IMG/VR virus record: IMGVR_UViG_3300007231_000027
Location: 1 to 31,122 of that record
Direction: 5' to 3' (one strand)
Source of the DNA: a virus
Lineage: Duplodnaviria > Caudoviricetes
DNA length: 31,122 bases
Shown here: positions 8,301 through 17,619 of the stretch, piece by piece
Layout of the letters: the number at the start of each line of letters is the position of its first letter
How positions within the stretch are numbered: position 1 is the first letter of the stretch
Made by a program: the position numbers and the translations under genes
The notes under the pieces: model-generated
Seen by the model: the letters and a program-made list of their open reading frames with translations, nothing else
Told to the model about the DNA's origin: nothing
Databases searched by the model: none

Positions 8301-11300
8301 CAGACTTATTTAATGGCTCAGGTGAACCAACAGCATGGACAGCAACTAAAGTATACAGACTAGGTAATATTGTTAAATTTACAACTGGTCTGAATGTAAC
8401 CACATACTATACTCCAACTAAAGAACACACAAGTGGATCAACATTTAGTGCAGCAGAAATTTCAGAATTTTGGAGAGTAATTGACGGCCCTGCAACAGTA
8501 ATACAAAACTTAATTAATACTGTTAAATTTGCATTCGATGCAGATTATAATCCTCCATTAAGCAACCTTGACATGGATGTGTTCTTAATGAATGATGCAA
8601 CAATGGTACGCAATATTACTGTACAAGGACATGGCGGATTTATGTGTGTGCTTGATCCTGAAGGACAGGTTCTAACTAAGTCTCCATATATCCAAACTGG
8701 CTCAAGTTTCTCACAATCACTTAACAAGCAAGCGTTTAGAGGCGGATTGTTTGTTGATGCGTTTGTTGGTAATTCAGCGGTACAAGTTGTTGAGAAAGTA
8801 GATGGCAGTGCGTTTAGATTAAAAATTCAAAGTTTCGGTTCTCCAACACAGCCACAAGGTTTGTTTGTAAGACGTCCTGAAACACCAAGTGCATTCTATA
8901 TCGACGGCAGACGTTTCCAAGTTAATGCTGTTACAGCATACGATAAGACTTTAGGTACAGCAGAACTTATACTATCACCTAACTCAAACAGCGGCGCAGG
9001 GTTTACTGGTATTACGAGTACATTAGCAACCGGAGTTGATTTAGACTCAGTTGGCACATTTGAATTTGATAGTGTAAAGTGTGCTAGAGATACTGGATAC
9101 ATTTTAGACGGTATTACATTTGATGTTGCACTTGGCACAAACTATAATAGTGTGTACAACGGACTTGCTTATCAAAGAGCAACAGGGTCGTATGTACAAG
9201 ACAATCAACAGACACAAACTGTACAAGCCATTACAAAAGGTAAAACTGAAGTAGCAGCACTTACAGAAATAGCAGATAGTGCAACAGCATTAGCAAGATC
9301 AAATGCAGGCTTTGATGAAGTTATTGATATTATCAATAACGGTACACAGAGTGTAAGTGAGCCAGGTGATGGTGTAGCAGATGCACTTACTTTCCCTTCT
9401 CCTGCGTCACTTCCAACAACCGATGCAGATGACGCTGCTTCAAGACTACAAAACAACAGAGCATTTTTAGCAGCTGAAGTTGTTGCATTTGTAAACAATA
9501 ATACTCCTCCAGCAGGATACAATCAAACTAAATGTGCTAGAGATGTAAGATACATTGTCGATGCGTTAACGTATGATATTCTTTATGGTGGTAACAGCGG
9601 CACAATAACTAACGCTATGGCATACTTAGATGGTGCAGCAGCTCAGTTACCAGAAGCACAAAGAGTTGCTACAGCAGCAGCATACGCACACCTAGCAACA
9701 GTAGTTGCAGCAGTTGTTACAGATGCAACCGGTGTCGCTACTACAACTCCACAAATTGGAAACGTAGAAGTACAAGATACATCAGGAGCGGCAGCAACAG
9801 CAACAGAAGGTAATGCATTAGATGCATTACTACAAATTATCGAAAATGTTGTTACAGCAGGTAATTTAACCAGCTTGCCATTAGTTGTAAATCCAGATCT
9901 AACAACACTTGCAGTGAGTGCAGAGCTAACAGATGCAGCAAATGATGTTATTTCTAATAGAGCATTAATTATTAATCGTGTTCTACAAAGTATAGACGCA
10001 CCATTGCCAATCACACTACAAACAGCTGGCAACAGAAGTATACTAGGCAACGACTTTACACAAGTTAATGACTTGGGTTACGGACTAGTTGCTGCCAACG
10101 GCGCACTTAGCGAAATGGTTAGTATGTTTACGTACTACTGTCACGCTAGTTACTATTCGAAGAATGGTGCTGAGATTAGATCACTAACAGGTTCGAGTTG
10201 TTATGGCGAGTTTGGTCTAGTCGCAGAAGGTAGTGATCCAAACGAAATTCCAGATGCAATTGCATTATACCAAGATATGACGCAGCCAGCAAAGGCGTTT
10301 GACGTCGATGCAATATTGTTTACAACAGGCTTCTTAACACTAACCGCAGGCGAAACATTAACACAGGCAGGCTCAGGAGCAACTGGCGAAGTTGCAGTTG
10401 CAACAAGTACAACCGGCGGATCAAATGTAATCTACTTAACAAATATTGGAAGTGCATTTGATACAACTAACCAAATAACAGGTAGTGTAAGTGGTGCGCT
10501 TGGCGCTGACAGTGTTCCGGTTAGTGTTGATTCAAACGGTTATGACAATCCTAAAGAAGGATTGTCGGTATATGTTTACGATATGCAAGATGCTCCAAGT
10601 AACAGATCAGAAGTTAACGTATATCACCCAGCTCGTCCGGCATTTGCACGTTATGAAGTTGCAAACGCAGAAGTAGTACAGCACATAGTCGGTGAATATC
10701 CATTACTAGCAATAACAACAGACTACACTGCAACTATTGCAAATGGCACAGCTATAGGATTTGTATTTAATTTATACAAAACAATTGATGCAGGATATAC
10801 TGCAACCTTCGCAGAAGCGAATGATGGTACAAACTACACAATAGGTGATCAGTTTGTAGTAACTGGTGACAAACTAGGTGGTACAACGCCTGCAAACGAT
10901 TGTACAGTCACCGTTGCTACTGTCGACGGCAGCGGAGCAATACTTACAGTTACAGTAGCAGGTACTATTGCAGTTGAAGCAAGCACTCCGATGTACAGTG
11001 GTAAGATTTACAAACTAAACTTTAGTACAGGCGATGCTGCATTTAGTGCTAATGGACTATTAGAAATTGTACCGTTTAACACAAGTATTATTTACTACAG
11101 AAACCAGACACACATTGTTAGTGATTTAGCCCGTCCGGATATTTTAACTATTCGTCCGAGTACTGCGCTAACGTTTGATGAAAATCCGGACTTTGTTTAC
11201 AGAAGTATTAGCTTTTTAACAAGTGACAGTTTAGGCGATGAGTTGCCAGAAAATACTTCTCAAGCAGGATTAGATAGTACATATGACTTTGTTAGATTAA

Positions 11301-14101
11301 CTGTAGATTCCGCTAAAGCGCAAGAAGTTGCACTAGCAGGTACAGGCACAACCAAAGGTAATACTGTTGGCGATACAGTGCTTGCTATTAAACTAGCAGA
11401 TGATAATGAAATCTTTAGACTTAACAACAACGCAAGAACGCCTGCAAGTAATAGACCCGCAGGTTCGACAGCAGATAGTTTAACATTAGAAGCACCAATT
11501 ATTACTTGGGCCGGCAAGAAGCATTATGTGTTTAACTACCGCGGTGTCGGAGCAGGCGATGTAATTGAAGAGCCTGGTGAAGATAACATATACGCAATTG
11601 TTGACCTAGTTGACTACGATACAATCAACCAAACAGATGCAACAGGCATTGCAAGTACAGCAGTACTAGGATCAGAACTTGTTACAATTAGAGCAGGACT
11701 TAAAGCAGGCGCGACAGGACAAGTTACAGTTAACATTAGTACATGTCGTGCAACAGGACATGACTTCTTAGACATCGGTACCGGCGGATTCAACTCAAGT
11801 AACTATCCAAACGTTATTTTTGGTGAACCGGGTGAAAAGAAAGAAGCTAACGAAGTTATTGAAAAAGGTAAAGGTCGTGTGTTCTATGTGAGTACAGACC
11901 AAAACGGCATCTTTAGAGTTGGTAGATTCTTTAGTGTGGACCAGGGTACTGGTACTGTTACATTTAGTGCATCACTTGCGCTTTCAGATGTTGACGGACT
12001 AGGCTTTAAGCGTGGTGTTGTTATTACTGAATTTAGTACAGACACAGCGATGGTAGACAATGCTTCGGATACAGTACCAACAGAAAGTGCTGTACGTGGC
12101 TATGTAAACAGGCGCTTGGGTTACGATGTAACTGGTGCGCCAGTTAGTAATAAATTAGGACCTGGAGTACTTGCTCCAAACGGCGCTGTTCCGATGACAG
12201 ACGATTTGAACGCTGCTGGCAATACAATTACTAACTTAGCAACTCCAATACAGCCAGCAGATGCTGCAATTAAATCATATGTTGATGACGGACGTGGTGA
12301 CATGGACGAAATTAAAGATTTACGTAGTGTTGAATATAATAACATTGATGTAAATCAGTTACTGGTATCCACAGGCAAAAAGAAACTTATTTTAGATGCA
12401 GGTAGTATACTAGGCGGCGGCTTTGTAGCCGGTGATGTAATTACAGGTAGTATATCAGGTGCAACAGGTACAATTATTGATGTTGTTGATGGACTTGTTG
12501 GTATTGAAGGTAATATTGTTGAAATTACGTACGATGTACTGACAGGAGTGTTTAGTGATGGCAAGCCTGCAGATGGACTAGCAGCAGACATACTTACAGC
12601 ACCAGGCGGCAAGCAAGGTACCGTAATAGACGGTCCGATAGATGAATGGGCTAACGGTGTTGCAAACCCAGCAAGTGATATACAAATACTTACTTCTAGG
12701 ACGCCTGGTGTTGGTAGACAAACTACACTTAATTTACAAATTAACGCAGACACAATTGTTAATAGCGACATTTCTGGTACAGCACAAATACTACAGAGCA
12801 AGCTAAATTTAAATTCTGCGACTACAAGAACTAATGCAACAGGTATTAGTCAAAGTGACTTAGGTAGTGTTAGTTTTGACGATGCTAAGTTTGAAGTTAC
12901 AGATGGATGGGTTACAGTTAAACCAGCAAGTGTACCAGTAGGAGATTTACAAAATATTGCAAGTAATACGTTACTAGGCCGCAGTGCAGCAGGTTCGGGA
13001 TTAGTTAGTGAAATAACATTCGCTACAGTAGTTGACGAAGGCTTAGGATTAGCTGACGGAGACTTTGTTACTGAAATACTAGCAGCAGCAGATGCAGGTG
13101 AAGTACTAGTTAAAACTGGCGATGGTACATACGGTATTAGTAATATAACTAACACAGGCGAAGTCAATAGTATTGTTAAAACTGATGCTAGTGGTACTAT
13201 CCAGGCTAACTCATTAATACTTGGTGGCGATTCAAGTTATGAAGTATTAAGTTTAGATAGTTTAACATTACAAGTTAAAACACCTGCACAAGGTTTAATA
13301 TTTACAGCAGTTGGCGGGAATGGTGGCGCAAGTCCAACATATCCAGACATGCTAGTAAAAGGTAGCGTTGGCATCGGTGGCACTGGAATTGCTGAAAGTA
13401 TTTTACAAGGTACATCGAACTTTAATGGAGAGAAGGTACTAGGGGTAGATTGGATCTACTCAAGCTTTATTGAAGCACCTGGTGAAAAAGGCGCAGCTAG
13501 TACAGCTATTGCAATCGGCGCTAATACTGGTAAAACTACAGCTGGACAAGTTGCTATTATTACAGCTGATACAGGCAGTGCATCGAGTGTTGCACCTGCT
13601 ATCTTTAGTTCAACAGGAGTTGTTCCTGATACCGATGCCACTTATGATATTGGTAGTGCAACTAAAAAGTATGCAAATGTTTATGCAACATTGTTCCGTG
13701 GTACTGCTACTGAATCATACTACGCTGACTTGGCGGAGAATTACTTAGCTGACGCAGAGTATGCTCCGGGCACAGTTATTGAGTTTGGCGGTGCAGCTGA
13801 AGTTACACAAAGCACAACACACGGTACACATCGTGTAGCAGGCGTTGTATCAACTAACCCAGCACACTTAATGAACTCACACTGCGAAGGTGACAACGTT
13901 GTTGCAGTAGCACTACAAGGGCGTGTACCATGTAATGTAATTGGTAAAGTTGCCAAAGGCGATATGCTAGTAGCAAGTAATATTCCAGGATATGCAATTG
14001 TTAACAACACTCCAGCAGTTGGTAGTGTTATTGGTAAAGCACTTGGTGATAAACTAGACGGCGAACGCGGCACAGTTGAAGTTGTAGTAGGAAAGCACTA
14101 A
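5363..14101 (+). CDS. Giant (2912 aa) virion structural protein, tail fibre/spike-like
   Basis: T4 gp9/gp10-like N-terminus ([34 protein letters not shown]). Beta-helix-type motifs [16 protein letters not shown] and [26 protein letters not shown]/A/V-rich. C-terminal YADLAENY...GRVPC intramolecular-chaperone-like domain. Confidence 0.85.
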   Translation: [2912 protein letters not shown]

Positions 14102-14253
14102 TGGACAAGAACGCAGTAGACAAACTAATTAAAGCCGGTGTAAAAGCCAGCAATGATACAAAAAATCCGCAGGGTAGGCAAGTTGTCCACACTGCGGGTA
14201 AACTAAGAATACAAGTAAACAAGGGAGCAGACCGTGGCCAAACAAACCGTTAA
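14101..14253 (+). CDS. Small basic hypothetical protein, 50 aa (not in the ORF track)
   Basis: Translates as MDKNAVDKLIKAGVKASNDTKNPQGRQVVHTAGKLRIQVNKGADRGQTNR. TAATG coupling to the giant gene and an AGGA ribosome site. Confidence 0.55.
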   Translation: MDKNAVDKLIKAGVKASNDTKNPQGRQVVHTAGKLRIQVNKGADRGQTNR

Positions 14254-14437
14254 TTTAGGGACCAGTGCAAACAAAGGCGACGGCGATCCGTTGCGCACAG
14301 CATTTGACAAAGTAAATGATAATTTTGATGAGTTATATACAGCAGACGCTACATTTATTAGTCTTGCGACACTACAAACTGAGGTAGCAGCAGCTACTGA
14401 CTTTGCAGACTTTAAGGCAAGAATAGCAGCACTATAA
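14234..14437 (+). CDS. Mini-protein made mostly of the gp9/gp10-like N-terminal attachment motif
   Basis: GTG start after AAGGGAG. AKQTVNLGTSANKGDGDPLRTAFDKVNDNFDELY matches the N-termini of the ORFs at 5363 and 21704. Confidence 0.8.
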   Translation: MAKQTVNLGTSANKGDGDPLRTAFDKVNDNFDELYTADATFISLATLQTEVAAATDFADFKARIAAL

Positions 14438-14452
14438 TACTTCAAGCGGATA

Positions 14453-14461
14453 CGATAAATA
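14453..14461 (+). promoter_or_regulatory. Late promoter CGATAAATA
   Basis: Intergenic, upstream of AGGA and the ATG. The same 9-mer recurs at 4942, 22459 and 26003. Confidence 0.7.
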
Positions 14462-14479
14462 TGTATAACAATAGGATAG

Positions 14480-17400
14480 ATGAGAATGGCCAATAGATTT
14501 CCCCTAGTACTTGATACAACGGATAACAACAAGATTAAAGAAATCCAAACTGGGGATAACTTAAACCTTGCAGACAATAGTATCGTAGGTGTGCAGAACA
14601 TAACTGCGCTAGGAACTATTAATGCCGCAGACATAACAGTTAACGGTAATAGACTAGTTGCACAAGCATTTAATGATCTAACAGATACTCCAAGTACATT
14701 TGTTGGTTCTCCAAACTACTTTGTAAAAGTTAAAGCAGACGGTACTGGACTAGAATATAGACCACTAAGTGATTTGGGCAATATTGAAATTGATACTATT
14801 ACTGTTGATACTAGTATTGTTCCGAGTACAACAAATGTAGGTAATGTAGGTACAGAAGCTAAAAAGTTTAATGAAATTGTTGCTACTACACTAAAAGGTA
14901 ATTTAGTTTCTTATAATGAAGAAATTGTTTTTGATGCTACAACTGGAAAAGTAAGTTATGCTGCACTACAAGGTGCTCCGACTTTCCTTTCAGAATTTAC
15001 AGACGATATTGGATATTTACAAACCTCTGATTTAGACACAACACTAGCAGGATTATTTGACGACGGCGTGCCGTTTACAACAGATATTGTAGGCAGTGTG
15101 TTTGGTGATGATAGCACATTATTAGTTGATGGCGTAAATGGTAAAATTATCGGAGATGTTCTAAACACCGAAGTTACTACTACAGATATAGTTGCAACAA
15201 ACGCAACAATTACTACAACAACTGCAACAACTATAAATGGTCCAAGTACAGGCAATTTAGCAATAGATGCTGGCACTAGTGGTATTATTAACATAGGCGC
15301 AGGTGCAAGCACTACTGCTGTTAATATTGAAAATGCAGTAATAGAAACATTTAATCAAGGTCCAGGATTAGGTATTGCTGAAATAACAGCAAGTACTGAT
15401 TTACAAATTACAGCAGGCAACAGAGTTAAGATAGATGGCGGAGTTCCGTTTAGAATCTCTTCAACAACTACAGCTCTTCAACTAGCAATTGCAGCACAAG
15501 AAGGCGATGTAATTTACAACACCACAACAAGCCGTTTGCAAATGTATCAAGGCAGTGCTTGGAAAGACGTTAACGGAAACGTAGAAGCAACAGCAGGCAC
15601 ATCAAACTTTAACAATGTTATAATTGCCGGTGACTTAACTATTACAGGCGATACTACAGAAATTGAAACAACTAATACTGCAATCACAGATAATGTTATT
15701 GTATTAAACAAAGGTGAAGCTGGCGCTGGCGTTACACTAACTACTTCAGGTATTGAGATAGAGCGCGGAACATCTCCAAACAGATCCTTAGTATGGACAG
15801 AAAATTTTGGTGGCAAGTGGATAGTTACTGATGATGCTACTTTACTTGCTAATAGACTTGAGGCTAATTATCTTGTAGGAAGTTTATCAGTATCGACTGA
15901 TGATCTTGTAATGACAGACGGTAATGTTACTGCAACTGGCACACTTACAATGGGCGGCAATGGTCTTGTACAAATTGTAAGTGTTACAACTGATATTGAA
16001 TTGTTACCGGTTGGCAAAGTAAAAATAGATGGCAACTTAGAAGTCACAGGTACATTTGATGGTGATGTAACAGGTAGCGTGTTTGGTGATGATAGTACAG
16101 TACTTGTAGATGGAATTAATAATAAAGTTGTTGGCGATATTGACACAGCAAGTTTAAGAACAAGTGAAAGTAAAATTGCACTTGGTGACGCTGCTGGAGA
16201 AGTAAATCAAGGAGCAAATGCAGTTGCTATAGGTCGGTATGCAGGTGGAACAGATCAAGAAAGTTGGGCCACAGCAGTTGGCGGTTTATCTGGTGCTAAT
16301 ACCCAAGGCGATCGAGCAACAGCAATTGGTTCTAATTCAGGTCAAACAGGTCAAGGTGCTGGTGCAGTAGCAATTGGTGCATATGCTGGTAACAATGGTC
16401 AAGGTGCAGATGCAGTAGCAATTGGTAACGCAGCAGGCCATACAAACCAAGCCGCAAACTCAATTGTAATTAACGCAACAGGTGTTACAGTACAAAACTC
16501 ACAAGCAAGTAGTACAGTTATACAACCAGTTAGAAATGCATCAAGTGCAAACGTAATGATGTACGATCCTTCAAACGGTGAGCTAACACACACAGCAACA
16601 CCAGGAACACTGGCAGCAAACATAGATCAAGCAACAGTAGAAATTGGTGCAACTACAGCAACAACAATTGGTATAGGTAATGCAGGCAGCACAACAACAA
16701 TTAACGGTATAGTTAATTTTGGAGCAGCTTTAGTTGCAGCCAATATTACAGCAGACGATAGTATTATTATACAAACAGGCGTAGGCGACGGCAATGCAAT
16801 TACTGTTTTCCCTAAAGGCACTAACACATCAATCAATTTAAGAGCAGATGCGCTACGTTTGTTTGGAACTCCGTTTACTGATTCATTGGCAGCACAAGGC
16901 GGTATTGTTGGAGACATAAAAGGTAGTGTTGTAGCAGACGATAGTACTATACTAGTCGACAGTGTAGGTGGCAAGATTGTAGGCGATATAGAATCTACAA
17001 ACATACACGGGCAAGCATTTAAAGCAGATACAATTGTTAATAATACTGGTGATATATTAGATATAACAGCAGGCACTTTCTTAAATTTATTCGGCGGTGA
17101 CGACGATGCCGGTGTGTCAAATATCCAAATGGATAAAAATGGTATTAACCATATCGAATTAAAGACAGAACCAAGCAACCCTGCTGATCCGGCAGATTAT
17201 GCTAGAGTTGCAATCAACGCAGGAACTAACGAAGGCGATGTAAGAATTGGTACACCGACATCAACAAGAAATCAAGTAGTTGAAATTTATAATGCAACTG
17301 TCAATGGAACACTAGTTGGCTCTGTTACTGGTGCCGTTACTGGTACTGTTACTGGCGATGTACAAGGTAGTGTGTTTGCAGATGATAGTTCGCCGATGGT

Positions 17401-17587
17401 TGACGGTACAAATTATGCAATGTTTAGTGACACAATGTCATTAACACCGTTAAATGCAGAACCAGCAAATCCGATAAGTGGCATGATAGCATCAGCAGAT
17501 GGAACAACTTGGGATCCTGGAAGTAAAAGTGGCGCAGTTAGTTACCCAGTCTTTTATGATGGCGTAGCTTGGAATGCATTATATTAA
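14480..17587 (+). CDS. Tail fibre protein with YadA-head-like repeats (start 14480 or 14486)
   Basis: T/G/D-rich. Four GSV(F/V)(G/A)DDS..(L/M)VD repeats, ~16-aa QG..AVAIG..AG repeats at ~16175-16482, and the C-terminus PVFYDGVAWNALY. Confidence 0.8.
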   Translation: MRMANRFPLVLDTTDNNKIKEIQTGDNLNLADNSIVGVQNITALGTINAADITVNGNRLVAQAFNDLTDTPSTFVGSPNYFVKVKADGTGLEYRPLSDLGNIEIDTITVDTSIVPSTTNVGNVGTEAKKFNEIVATTLKGNLVSYNEEIVFDATTGKVSYAALQGAPTFLSEFTDDIGYLQTSDLDTTLAGLFDDGVPFTTDIVGSVFGDDSTLLVDGVNGKIIGDVLNTEVTTTDIVATNATITTTTATTINGPSTGNLAIDAGTSGIINIGAGASTTAVNIENAVIETFNQGPGLGIAEITASTDLQITAGNRVKIDGGVPFRISSTTTALQLAIAAQEGDVIYNTTTSRLQMYQGSAWKDVNGNVEATAGTSNFNNVIIAGDLTITGDTTEIETTNTAITDNVIVLNKGEAGAGVTLTTSGIEIERGTSPNRSLVWTENFGGKWIVTDDATLLANRLEANYLVGSLSVSTDDLVMTDGNVTATGTLTMGGNGLVQIVSVTTDIELLPVGKVKIDGNLEVTGTFDGDVTGSVFGDDSTVLVDGINNKVVGDIDTASLRTSESKIALGDAAGEVNQGANAVAIGRYAGGTDQESWATAVGGLSGANTQGDRATAIGSNSGQTGQGAGAVAIGAYAGNNGQGADAVAIGNAAGHTNQAANSIVINATGVTVQNSQASSTVIQPVRNASSANVMMYDPSNGELTHTATPGTLAANIDQATVEIGATTATTIGIGNAGSTTTINGIVNFGAALVAANITADDSIIIQTGVGDGNAITVFPKGTNTSINLRADALRLFGTPFTDSLAAQGGIVGDIKGSVVADDSTILVDSVGGKIVGDIESTNIHGQAFKADTIVNNTGDILDITAGTFLNLFGGDDDAGVSNIQMDKNGINHIELKTEPSNPADPADYARVAINAGTNEGDVRIGTPTSTRNQVVEIYNATVNGTLVGSVTGAVTGTVTGDVQGSVFADDSSPMVDGTNYAMFSDTMSLTPLNAEPANPISGMIASADGTTWDPGSKSGAVSYPVFYDGVAWNALY
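17324..17359 (+). repeat. Imperfect 12-bp coding tandem repeat (VTGA/VTGT/VTGD)
   Basis: Read directly: gttactggtgcc gttactggtact gttactggcgat. Confidence 0.7.
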
Positions 17588-17593
17588 TAAATA
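17586..17593 (+). promoter_or_regulatory. Late promoter AATAAATA
   Basis: TAAATA core directly after the fibre stop codon, followed by AGGA and the ATG at 17620. Confidence 0.55.
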
Positions 17594-17619
17594 TACATAA
17601 CAGTATTAGGAAATGACAA

